From positions 5,381-69,380 of the IMG/VR virus record IMGVR_UViG_3300032291_002944: 64,000 nucleotides of DNA; one strand, given 5' to 3'. Positions 7,860-16,729 of this stretch are shown in pieces (within the stretch, counting starts at the first letter, position 1; each line of letters starts with the position of its first letter). The DNA comes from a virus. The position numbers were made by a program, and so were the translations under genes. The notes beneath the pieces were generated by a model that was not told the origin of the DNA, ran no database searches, and saw only the letters and a list, made by a program, of their open reading frames with translations.

Positions 7860-9875
7860 CTATCTACCTTTTTTTTGAATTACGACATTTTCGTCAACAA
7901 CTTTTAGAACATAAGTTTTACCTTCAATTATATTCCCCATTAATACTTCATCCGATAACAAATCTTCAACTTTATCTTGAATTGCTCTTTTTAAAGGTCG
8001 TGCTCCATACAATTCATCATAACCAACTTTAGATAAGTAATCAACCAAAGTATCTTCGTAAGAGATTTTGTATTTCATTTCATTCAAACGAGAAACTAAC
8101 TTCTTAAGTTCAATTTCGGTGATTTTTTTAATATCATCGTTTGTTAAAGAGTTGAATACAATCGTATCATCAATACGGTTGATAAATTCAGGTGAGAAGA
8201 AATTTTTCATTTCTTTCATCAAGATTTCTTTTTTCATTTCTTCTTCACCATAAGAAGAACTTGAAAAACCAATACCTGTACCGAAGTCTTGTAACTTCTT
8301 CACACCTAAGTTTGAAGTCAAGATGATTAAGGTATTCTTGAAGTTAATCTTTCTACCTAGACTATCTGTTACGTGACCGTCATCCATAATTTGAAGTAAA
8401 ATTGTAAACACGTCTTTGTGTGCTTTTTCAACCTCATCAAATAGGATAACCGAATATGGTTTGTTCTTAACTTTCTCAGTTAATAATCCACCTTCTTCAT
8501 AACCAACATAGCCTGGAGGCGCTCCGACTAATTTGGATATGCTATGTTTCTCTTGGTACTCGGACATATCCACACGGATTAATGAGTCTTCACTACCAAA
8601 CATTTCTTTTGCCAATTCTTTAGCTAAGTGAGTTTTACCAACACCCGTAGAACCTAAAAATACAAATGAACCAATAGGACGATTTGGGTTGTTAATTCCA
8701 AGACGATTTCTTTTAATAGATTTTGCAATCTTAATAACAGCTGCGTCTTGGCCAATTACTTTACCAATTAATTCTTTATCCAAGTTCATTAAAGCCTTAG
8801 AATCATCTGCACTCATCTTATTGACAGGAATTTTAGTCATATTAGACACAACATCATAAACACTCTCAAGAGTAATTTTTTGTTTGTCTTTAGACATCTT
8901 CTCCTCAAACTTAGCCTTCTCTGACTCAAGTTTAGATAATAATTTCTTTTCCTTATCTCTAAGCTCTGCTGCTTGTTCGTAGTTTTGTTTCTTAACTACG
9001 TCCAATTTTTGATTCTTAATCTCAGCGGCTTGACGTTTAAGTTCTTCAATCGCTTCAGGAACTTTTAACTCAGTCTGCATTCTAGCCCCAACCTCATCCA
9101 AGATATCAAATGCTTTATCAGGAAACTCACGGTCAGTAATGTAACGGTCAGCAAGTTTCACACAGGTTTCAATAACCTCATCGCTATAAGATACCTTATG
9201 GAATTCTTCATACTTGTCACGAACGTTTTTCAAAATTTGAATTGTTTCAGCAACTGTTGATGGGTCTACAATGACTTTTTGAAATCTACGTTCTAACGCT
9301 CCGTCCTTCTCAATGTTCTTACGGAACTCATCTAATGTAGTTGCTCCAATACATTGAAGTTCACCACGGGATAAAGCTGGTTTAAAGATGTTTGAACCGT
9401 CCATAGAACCTGAAGAGTTACCTGAACCAACCAAAGTATGAATCTCATCAATGAAAACAATGATGTTAGGATTCGCGTGAAGTTCTTCAATAATAACTTT
9501 CATTCTTTCTTCAAATTGTCCACGGTACTTTGTACCAGCAACAACTGAAGTTAAATCCAAGTTAACAATTCGTTTGTCAATTAAATTACGAGGGCAATCC
9601 CCGTTAACAATTTTGATAGCCAAACCTTCAACCAAAGCGGTCTTACCACAACCAGGTTCTCCGATGATGATAGGGTTATTTTTCTTTCTACGAGATAAAA
9701 TTTGGGCAATTCTCAAAATTTCTCGTTCACGACCAATCACAGGGTCAAGTTTACCTTCAGCTGCTAATTTGTTTAAATCACGGCTAAAGTTATCCAAAAC
9801 AGGTGTGTTGCTTTCGGAAGAAGCTTTTTGTTTTTTACTCATCATTTTGTCGTCGTCGTCCATTAAGTCGTTCAT
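7860..9875 (-). CDS. clpC: ClpC-like AAA+ unfoldase lacking the N-terminal Clp-repeat domain
   Basis: Two AAA modules (GEPGCGKT/FIDEIH/KYRG and GSTGVGKT/FDEVEK/GYVG), a UVR-type M-domain (QNYEQAAELRD) and a ClpP-binding IGF loop (GTGIGFS). Only ~25 aa precede TPVLDNF. Confidence 0.92.
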   Translation of the reverse strand: MNDLMDDDDKMMSKKQKASSESNTPVLDNFSRDLNKLAAEGKLDPVIGREREILRIAQILSRRKKNNPIIIGEPGCGKTALVEGLAIKIVNGDCPRNLIDKRIVNLDLTSVVAGTKYRGQFEERMKVIIEELHANPNIIVFIDEIHTLVGSGNSSGSMDGSNIFKPALSRGELQCIGATTLDEFRKNIEKDGALERRFQKVIVDPSTVAETIQILKNVRDKYEEFHKVSYSDEVIETCVKLADRYITDREFPDKAFDILDEVGARMQTELKVPEAIEELKRQAAEIKNQKLDVVKKQNYEQAAELRDKEKKLLSKLESEKAKFEEKMSKDKQKITLESVYDVVSNMTKIPVNKMSADDSKALMNLDKELIGKVIGQDAAVIKIAKSIKRNRLGINNPNRPIGSFVFLGSTGVGKTHLAKELAKEMFGSEDSLIRVDMSEYQEKHSISKLVGAPPGYVGYEEGGLLTEKVKNKPYSVILFDEVEKAHKDVFTILLQIMDDGHVTDSLGRKINFKNTLIILTSNLGVKKLQDFGTGIGFSSSSYGEEEMKKEILMKEMKNFFSPEFINRIDDTIVFNSLTNDDIKKITEIELKKLVSRLNEMKYKISYEDTLVDYLSKVGYDELYGARPLKRAIQDKVEDLLSDEVLMGNIIEGKTYVLKVVDENVVIQKKGR

Positions 9876-9929
9876 ATTCTTATAATTTTTAACAAAGGTC
9901 TAACAAATTTTGTACATTGCCAAACATTT

Positions 9930-10041
9930 TGACAAATTGTCATAGTTTTTTTTTAATAATTAAAAATATACTGACATATTGACATGTTGTAAATTATTTC
10001 TATAATTATGTAAGAAAAAACTCAGTTGGTACTATTTTTGA
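9930..10041. promoter_or_regulatory. Divergent control region with TGACA-N3-TGTCA boxes and sigma70-like and sigma54-like elements
   Basis: TGACAAATTGTCA at 9930-9942, TGACATATTGACA at 9972-9984, TTGACA-16-TATAAT at 9979-10006 and TGGTAC-N5-TTGA at 10027-10041. Confidence 0.5.
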
Positions 10042-10086
10042 TACCACAAAGATAAATAATAAATTTGAAAATAAAAAATTAATACT

Positions 10087-10464
10087 ATGAAAAGAAATTA
10101 TAATGACGTGTTCAGATTCATTGATGAAATGTTTGGACAATTTGATTTTAACCCTACGGGTGGAGAGTGGAAAACTCAAACTAAAACATCTTCTGATGGG
10201 ACAAGTAAAATAACGACCCATTATTGGAGTAATGATAAATCAGATTCAAAAACTGAAAATGTCGAAAAATTGAAGGCTCAACTCGAATATGCGATTGAAA
10301 ATGAAGATTTTGAATTAGCTGTTGCTTTGAGAGATAAAATTAAAGGTCTTGAAACAAACCGAGAATTAATTACAAAACTTGAATTGGAACTGAAACAATC
10401 TATACAAGAACAAAATTTTGAAAGGTCTATTGAAATTAGAGACCAATTAAGAAAACTAAAGTAA
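10087..10464 (+). CDS. Tandem UVR (UvrB/UvrC motif) domain protein, candidate ClpC adaptor
   Basis: Two UVR repeats, LEYAIENEDFELAVALRDKI and LKQSIQEQNFERSIEIRDQL. Divergent from clpC. Confidence 0.8.
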   Translation: MKRNYNDVFRFIDEMFGQFDFNPTGGEWKTQTKTSSDGTSKITTHYWSNDKSDSKTENVEKLKAQLEYAIENEDFELAVALRDKIKGLETNRELITKLELELKQSIQEQNFERSIEIRDQLRKLK

Positions 10465-10471
10465 TTTTCAG

Positions 10472-10496
10472 ACCCTCACCAAATGGTGGGGGTTTT
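10472..10496 (+). terminator. Intrinsic terminator
   Basis: ACCCTCACCA-AA-TGGTGGGGGT hairpin followed by TTT. Confidence 0.7.
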
Positions 10497-10508
10497 GTAT
10501 TTATATGT

Positions 10509-10847
10509 ATGAAACCATTTGAGAAATTTTTAAATGATAGTTTAGGAACAAAAGAATTACTTGAGATTTACCTTGAGTTAAGAAAACATTTTCAAGAACT
10601 AGGATTTAGTGAGGATAATTTAGTTGAACCTCCAACATATACTAATGAAATGTTTATGTTACAAAAAAGATTTCAAAGTACTTTAAAAGCTTTATTAAAT
10701 CAAGTTAATTCTTATGGTTTTAAAGTGGACAGAACGGAATTTGGAGAGTACATTCAACCACTATTAAATAAAATTAACGAATTAACACCACTAAGCGAAA
10801 ATGGGTATAACGAAGGAGGAAATCAAGGGGACGAAGATTTTGAATGA
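10509..10847 (+). CDS. Hypothetical protein
   Basis: 112 aa ORF with a late motif at 10498-10505. Confidence 0.6.
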   Translation: MKPFEKFLNDSLGTKELLEIYLELRKHFQELGFSEDNLVEPPTYTNEMFMLQKRFQSTLKALLNQVNSYGFKVDRTEFGEYIQPLLNKINELTPLSENGYNEGGNQGDEDFE

Positions 10848-11043
10848 AATTAAATCGTCAAACATCAAGAGAACTGAGTACGACACTGAAACAAAAAAGT
10901 TAGTAACTGAGTTCAATAATGGATTGAAATATGAGTACAGTGATGTACCTCATAGTATCTATACACAATTTAGAAAAGCCGAATCACAGGGTAAATTTTT
11001 CATTTCAGAAATATCAAAAAAATATTCATACAAAAAAGTATAG
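10801..11043 (+). CDS. KTSC domain protein
   Basis: KSSNIKRTEYD..LVTEFNNGLKYEYSDVP..YTQFRKAESQGKFF is the KTSC signature. Confidence 0.88.
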   Translation: MGITKEEIKGTKILNEIKSSNIKRTEYDTETKKLVTEFNNGLKYEYSDVPHSIYTQFRKAESQGKFFISEISKKYSYKKV

Positions 11044-11064
11044 TATTCCTACTATTTATAATGT

Positions 11065-11790
11065 ATGAGTAATTTCAAAAAAATTCTTGATAGTTTTTCT
11101 GTTAAAGACACTTTAAATCCAAAAGTGTGGGAAAATCCCGAAAATCCTGACAAATCGGTTATGATACCAAAAATCAGGGAAACACTTTTGCGTATTGCCG
11201 AAAAATTTATTGAGTATTTGGGAGAAGATGTTTTTGTTGAGGATATTGTTTTAACTGGTTCTTTAGCAAATTATAATTGGTCTGAATTTTCTGACTTTGA
11301 CTTACATGTTCTTGTTGATTTAAAACAATATGAAGATGATACGGATTTATATAAAGAATTATTTAATTTGAAAAAACAAGTATTCAACGATAAACATAAT
11401 ATCAGAATTTATGGATACGATGTTGAAGTATATTCTCAAGATGTTGAAGAGGAACACTATAGTTCAGGAGTTTATTCTGTAATGAATAATGAATGGGTTA
11501 GTGAACCAGAAAAATTTAAAAGTAATGTTGATAAGACAATTTTAGAAAAAAAGATTAAAAATTGGACAGAAAAAATAGATTCTGCAATTGAAGAAGAAAA
11601 AGATTTAGAAAAAATTAAAACTAAACTTAAAGATTATAGAAAATCTGGATTAGAAAAAGACGGTGAATTATCATATGAAAATTTAGTTTTTAAATTCTTA
11701 AGAAGGTCAGGACACATTCAAAAATTATTTGATACCGCTAATAAAGAGCTTGATAAAGAGTTGTCAATTGAAAGAACTATAACTGAATAA
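11065..11790 (+). CDS. Pol-beta superfamily nucleotidyltransferase
   Basis: LTGSLANYNWSEFSDFDLHV (GS + DxD) and a third acidic residue in YDVEVY. Confidence 0.8.
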   Translation: MSNFKKILDSFSVKDTLNPKVWENPENPDKSVMIPKIRETLLRIAEKFIEYLGEDVFVEDIVLTGSLANYNWSEFSDFDLHVLVDLKQYEDDTDLYKELFNLKKQVFNDKHNIRIYGYDVEVYSQDVEEEHYSSGVYSVMNNEWVSEPEKFKSNVDKTILEKKIKNWTEKIDSAIEEEKDLEKIKTKLKDYRKSGLEKDGELSYENLVFKFLRRSGHIQKLFDTANKELDKELSIERTITE

Positions 11791-11834
11791 TTAAATTATT
11801 CCTATTAATCGTATATTTATAAAGAAAAAATTAG

Positions 11835-12593
11835 ATGGCATTCAATTATTATATAGCATCGTATTGTAGTTCTTCGGCACAATTGTTTATCAAGTCCGAG
11901 GATTCACTTATTATTGGTAAAATTTATGACTTAATTATCAATGGAAATAACGGTTGTTATACTATTGGTGAGGGAATTGACACTCCTTTAGCATCAACTG
12001 CCACAATATTTAATGGTCCATGGAACACATGTTTAGAATGTTTGGGAGATGTTACACCAACTCCAACTGCATCTGTAACTCAGACTCCAACAAATACACC
12101 AACAGTAACGCAAACTCCAACTAACACTACAACTAAAACTCAAACGCCAACACCTACTAACACACAAACTCCAACTAACACTGCAACCAACACACAAACT
12201 CCAACTAATACCGCAACAACAACTCAAACTCAAACACCAACTAACACTTCAACTCAAACTCAAACACCAACTAACACTTCAACAAGAACTCCAACCCCAA
12301 GTATTACCGCATCTCCAACTGGAACTGCGGCAATTACACCAACTCCTACAGGAACACCAAATACAACACCAACAGCAACTCCAACACCTAGTGTGACTAT
12401 TGGATTTGTTAAATATGTTAACCAACAATATGAATATACTATTGGAATGTTAGGTAACGTTAGCGGTGGGACTCAGATGGTTCCTTCAGGAGCAACGGTA
12501 CCTTATCAAGTAATGACAAGTGAAGATGGTGATGAAGTAATTGTACAACTAAACGCAATCTCATTAGGAGGATTTAACGGATTAAACAATTAA
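11835..12593 (+). CDS. Thr/Pro-rich putative virion protein
   Basis: Central ~110 aa TPT/TQTPTN repeat tract between small terminal domains; late motif at 11814. Confidence 0.65.
   Translation: MAFNYYIASYCSSSAQLFIKSEDSLIIGKIYDLIINGNNGCYTIGEGIDTPLASTATIFNGPWNTCLECLGDVTPTPTASVTQTPTNTPTVTQTPTNTTTKTQTPTPTNTQTPTNTATNTQTPTNTATTTQTQTPTNTSTQTQTPTNTSTRTPTPSITASPTGTAAITPTPTGTPNTTPTATPTPSVTIGFVKYVNQQYEYTIGMLGNVSGGTQMVPSGATVPYQVMTSEDGDEVIVQLNAISLGGFNGLNN
12053..12392 (+). repeat. Degenerate tandem repeats encoding (T-Q-T-P-T-N-T)n
   Basis: Repeated ACTCCAACTAAC / ACACCAAC units, including the 30-bp direct repeat ACTCAAACTCAAACACCAACTAACACTTCA at about 12222 and 12252. Confidence 0.85.
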
Positions 12594-12615
12594 AAATAAA
12601 TAAATAATACAAGAT

Positions 12616-14124
12616 ATGGCAAATTTAAAACCAATCGGAAGTGAAAAATTACAAGGCCAAGATAAGATAAGTAGGATTATGGAAATTGCTCGTTTCAACG
12701 AAGTTCTTCCACAACCTATTAATGAAACTTCAAAGTCTGAATTTTCAGTTTCTTTGGCCGATGGTAACAACTATCAAATTGTTAAAGAAAGACAAGGATA
12801 TATCATCAAGAAAACTATTTCTGAATCCGATACAGATTATATTGAACCTATGAAAAATAGAAAATACTATTCTTCATATTCTCAAGCATTAAAAAGATTA
12901 AACTTAGTTGCTGGAGAATTAAATAGGATTAATGAAAATGACGAAGGTGTTTCATTATATGGTGAACAAAAAAAATTTACATTAAAAACTCCAAAACCTG
13001 CAATTGAGGCTCCAGCACCAGCTGCTGAAGTACCTGCGGCACCTCCTGCAGTACCGTCACCTGAATTACCAGCATCACCAATGGGAGATGAAATGGGTAT
13101 GGGAGATGAATTGGCTCCTGAGATTGATGACGTTGATGTAGATGTTGACATTGATGCAACTGAAAAAGAAGATGATGACGAACAAGTTACATTCAAAACT
13201 ATTCAAAAATTAACTGGAAAACTAACACAAAAAATTAGAGTTTTAGATAACAACGAAGGAATGACTTCTGAAGATATTAAGTATGTTATTAACATGGTAT
13301 TATCTTCGTTAGACTTGAAAGAATTATCTGAAGAAGATAAAGAAGATATCGTAAACAAATTTGACGATGAAAACGTTGATTTAGGTGCTGATAGCATGGA
13401 TGGAGAAGATTTGACTGACGATAGTGAAGTTGAAGATATCCAAGCAGATTTTGACCTTCCTATTGAAGGTGAAATGGATGAAGACGCGTATTTCGTTCCA
13501 ATGGATGATGAAAGTGAATATGAAGGTGAAGGAAACTTTGGAAAAGGTTCTGATTGGAATGTACCAACTCGTAAAGGAAAAATGTATGGTTCATTTGGAG
13601 ATGGTAACTGGATAGATGATATCGGTCAACAACACCAAGGCGAATTTGATTTTGACTTTGATGAAGAAGAATTTGAAGATTTCCCATCATTTGACCAAAA
13701 ACATGGCGGAAAACATCAATGGTTTGCTAAGGGAGACCATGGCAGCAATATGTTTAACTCATATAAAGAGAAACACGGTTCACCATTCAAAGTTAGAACA
13801 CGTAGAAAATCTGATAATGGTGCAATCTTAGATAGTATCTTTGGAGAATCTAAAGTTGACAAAGTAATTTCAAAATACTTTGAAACGTCTAAAAAAGAAA
13901 TCTTAGAAAACAACGAAAAGAAAAACCAAAAAAACTTAGAAGTTAAAAAAGTTATGCAAACAGTTGTAACAATGACTGAGACATTTGAACAAGAAATGGC
14001 AGCTAAGAAATTCTTACAAGAAAACTCTAACTCTAAATTTATAGGAATTACAAATAAGAAAAATTTAGTATTTGAAAACAAAGGTGAACAAGTTAAGATT
14101 TCACCAGAGGGTAATATATTATGA
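12616..14124 (+). CDS. Acidic hypothetical protein, putative head/core component
   Basis: 502 aa D/E-rich ORF with many I/L-x-E motifs, in the operon leading to terminase. Confidence 0.55.
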   Translation: MANLKPIGSEKLQGQDKISRIMEIARFNEVLPQPINETSKSEFSVSLADGNNYQIVKERQGYIIKKTISESDTDYIEPMKNRKYYSSYSQALKRLNLVAGELNRINENDEGVSLYGEQKKFTLKTPKPAIEAPAPAAEVPAAPPAVPSPELPASPMGDEMGMGDELAPEIDDVDVDVDIDATEKEDDDEQVTFKTIQKLTGKLTQKIRVLDNNEGMTSEDIKYVINMVLSSLDLKELSEEDKEDIVNKFDDENVDLGADSMDGEDLTDDSEVEDIQADFDLPIEGEMDEDAYFVPMDDESEYEGEGNFGKGSDWNVPTRKGKMYGSFGDGNWIDDIGQQHQGEFDFDFDEEEFEDFPSFDQKHGGKHQWFAKGDHGSNMFNSYKEKHGSPFKVRTRRKSDNGAILDSIFGESKVDKVISKYFETSKKEILENNEKKNQKNLEVKKVMQTVVTMTETFEQEMAAKKFLQENSNSKFIGITNKKNLVFENKGEQVKISPEGNIL

Positions 14125-14519
14125 GTTATTTAACTTACGTAAACGGTTTAGGGCCTAATTATAAGGGAGACAATCTTTACGAGTTTATTTTTTCTGATAG
14201 TTTAGAAGATGTGTGGGGTGATGGATGGGATAACAAACCATCAAACAGTTACCCGACACCACCTGAACTACAATACATTAAAAAAGTTGGAGTTCTGAGA
14301 AATACTAATATAAAATTGGAATTGATTCAGAACTCCGATTTTTTTTCTATGGTAGATGCAATTGACGATGTTGTTGCTTTAGCTTGGGAAGAAGATGACC
14401 AAAACGGCCAAAAAAGATTGGTATTCCGATATGGTAGTACCGAAAAAGAAATAAAAGACAAACTCTATGAGAGAGATTTGATTTTAGAATTTGAACAGAA
14501 AGTAGTATATGAAAATTAA
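14121..14519 (+). CDS. Hypothetical protein
   Basis: 132 aa ORF overlapping both neighbours (translational coupling). Confidence 0.7.
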   Translation: MSYLTYVNGLGPNYKGDNLYEFIFSDSLEDVWGDGWDNKPSNSYPTPPELQYIKKVGVLRNTNIKLELIQNSDFFSMVDAIDDVVALAWEEDDQNGQKRLVFRYGSTEKEIKDKLYERDLILEFEQKVVYEN

Positions 14520-15405
14520 CAAAAAAACCCTTGAACTTATAGAAAACGGTTTATCTTCGAAGACTGTTTCCAAATTAACCGAATCACAAATTGACGTTTT
14601 ACATAAAAAATTAGTTACAGAACAAATTAACGTTTCAAAAACAGATACTGCAACAATTACTAGGTTAAAAAGTGAAAAAAAACCTTTCCAAGTTTATGAA
14701 AAAGAACTTGATGAAGAGGAAGAAGTTACAGTTGACCCAAATAAAGAAACCGAAACACAAGACCCAAAACAAGTAGGCCCATCATCTGATGATGGATTTG
14801 GTGATGAAAATGACGGTATGGGTATGTTCGAAAATGAGGCAGACCTTAAGCCAGGTCAACCTAATCCATGGGCTATATGTCACGCACAGGTTGGACCTAA
14901 AAAAACAAGAAAATTTGAAAGATGTGTACAATCTGTAAAAAAACAATTGGCAGAAGGAAAAAATCCACTATCTTTGTTCTTAGAAAATGAAATATCTAAG
15001 CTTGTGGAAAAACACATACAACCAAAAATGACAAAAGGAGAATTATTAAAATATCTTTCAGAAGGAGAACACAGTAAATCGGATAATGATACTAAAACGG
15101 CACCTGTAAGAACAAAACCTGATGTTAAACCTAAAACAAGACCTGGACATCCGATGAAAAATCCTAATCCAGGTGAAAAACCAAGTCCTAAGGCAAAAAC
15201 TAATGTGGATGAAAATAATCCTGCAGAGGCTCCGACTATTGCGCCTACAAGAACAAAACCTGATGTAAGACCAAATAAAAGACCTTCACATCCAATGAAA
15301 AACCCAAATCCTGGTGAAAAACCAAATCCTAAGGCCAAAAAAATAAGTCCTGAGGTTGCCAAGGATAAAGTTATTGATACTATTATGAACATTTTAAAAA
15401 AATAA
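14509..15405 (+). CDS. Hypothetical protein with duplicated Pro/Lys-rich motif
   Basis: 298 aa ORF with two copies of AP.RTKPDV.P..RP.HPMKNPNPGEKP.PKAK and a small WAICH...FERCV module. Confidence 0.65.
   Translation: MKINKKTLELIENGLSSKTVSKLTESQIDVLHKKLVTEQINVSKTDTATITRLKSEKKPFQVYEKELDEEEEVTVDPNKETETQDPKQVGPSSDDGFGDENDGMGMFENEADLKPGQPNPWAICHAQVGPKKTRKFERCVQSVKKQLAEGKNPLSLFLENEISKLVEKHIQPKMTKGELLKYLSEGEHSKSDNDTKTAPVRTKPDVKPKTRPGHPMKNPNPGEKPSPKAKTNVDENNPAEAPTIAPTRTKPDVRPNKRPSHPMKNPNPGEKPNPKAKKISPEVAKDKVIDTIMNILKK
15100..15339 (+). repeat. Intragenic ~99-bp direct repeat (two copies, 141 bp apart)
   Basis: Copies begin at 15100 (GCACCTGTAAGAACAAAACCTGATG) and 15241 (GCGCCTACAAGAACAAAACCTGATG). 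Confidence 0.85.
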
Positions 15406-15407
15406 TT

Positions 15408-16721
15408 ATGGATAAGAATGTTAGAGAACAATTAGATTATGGTGACACACCCGAAAGAATGGACCCGAAGTTAGAAAAAAAACTAGCGAGTCCTGAAAGT
15501 TTATATGGGTCAAATCCTGCAATGAAAAAAGGTCCTGCTGATGTACAAAGATTAGTTAGCCAAAGATTTAAAAAAGTTGCTGACAAATTAAGAGAAGTAA
15601 CAAAAATTGAAAATCTTAGTTCTAAACAAGTTCAAGGGATGGTTTATGAGGAAATGATGGCCAAATTACCTATGATTATACAAATTGAAGCAAGACACAA
15701 AGAAGAGTTAGAAGAACTTGCAAAACAAGCCTCAATGGAAGAGACTGAAATTCCTGAAGGATGGGTAAAAATTATTGCCGAATTAGGTTCAAGAATTGAT
15801 ACATCAAACTTTCAAATGGAACCAAAGAAAGAAAAAGAAGATGAGGAAGATAAAGAACCTAAATTAGAAATTCCATCATTTGATGTTTCAGATTTAACTG
15901 ATGAAGAAGAGTTTGAACTTGAAAAACATAAAAGAAATATTATCAATGCAATCATACAAGGAGCTGCAAAGAAAGGACATTATGTTTTTCAAAAACCTAA
16001 TATTAAAGAAAGATTAAACGAAATTGACCCAAGATTATATCCTGCTTATTTAGGGATTATGGCAATCAACGATTTCATGTATTTTACAATGGAACAAATG
16101 ATTGAAATGATGAGTCAAACAGGCAATGGAGTTGCTGGTAAAGTAGAATTAGACCCTGACGATGAAGACGGTGATGATGGAGGAGAAGGTGATGATTCTG
16201 ATACTGTGATTAAAGCACAAGGAATGATTTTTCCAATTCTTTGTCACGAAATTATCAAAGGTATTGAAGAATCAAAAGGAAGATACGGTTTACCAACATC
16301 AGACACAATGCGTGAAAAAGTAAAAGGAGCTGTTGATATATTACCTAATGAACCAATGCAATTGAGAATAGGACCTGAAATCGCCGAAAAATTAAGATTG
16401 GCATTACCTGACGAAATGTTTGATAAATCAAACAAAGGTCTAATAAACTGGTTTCATATTTTGTTATACCAAGTACCTGCCCAAGAATTCTTGGATATTG
16501 TTGGAAATGCTATCTCTGAGGACGAATCAAAAATTAAAAAGGCAACTTCAAGATTTCAAGAAATCATGAAAGAAGCTGCCGAAATGAAAAAAGAATTTGA
16601 TGAATATAAAGAAGACAATGATTCTTCTGATTTTTCAGGTTCTAATGATTTTGGAAACGACGACGATGATGACGATTTAGACGATTTCTTAGGTAGTTTA
16701 GGTATATCAAGACCTAAATAA
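15408..16721 (+). CDS. Hypothetical protein upstream of terminase
   Basis: 437 aa ORF with an acidic C-terminal tail. Confidence 0.7.
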   Translation: MDKNVREQLDYGDTPERMDPKLEKKLASPESLYGSNPAMKKGPADVQRLVSQRFKKVADKLREVTKIENLSSKQVQGMVYEEMMAKLPMIIQIEARHKEELEELAKQASMEETEIPEGWVKIIAELGSRIDTSNFQMEPKKEKEDEEDKEPKLEIPSFDVSDLTDEEEFELEKHKRNIINAIIQGAAKKGHYVFQKPNIKERLNEIDPRLYPAYLGIMAINDFMYFTMEQMIEMMSQTGNGVAGKVELDPDDEDGDDGGEGDDSDTVIKAQGMIFPILCHEIIKGIEESKGRYGLPTSDTMREKVKGAVDILPNEPMQLRIGPEIAEKLRLALPDEMFDKSNKGLINWFHILLYQVPAQEFLDIVGNAISEDESKIKKATSRFQEIMKEAAEMKKEFDEYKEDNDSSDFSGSNDFGNDDDDDDLDDFLGSLGISRPK

Positions 16722-16729
16722 TTTAATTA

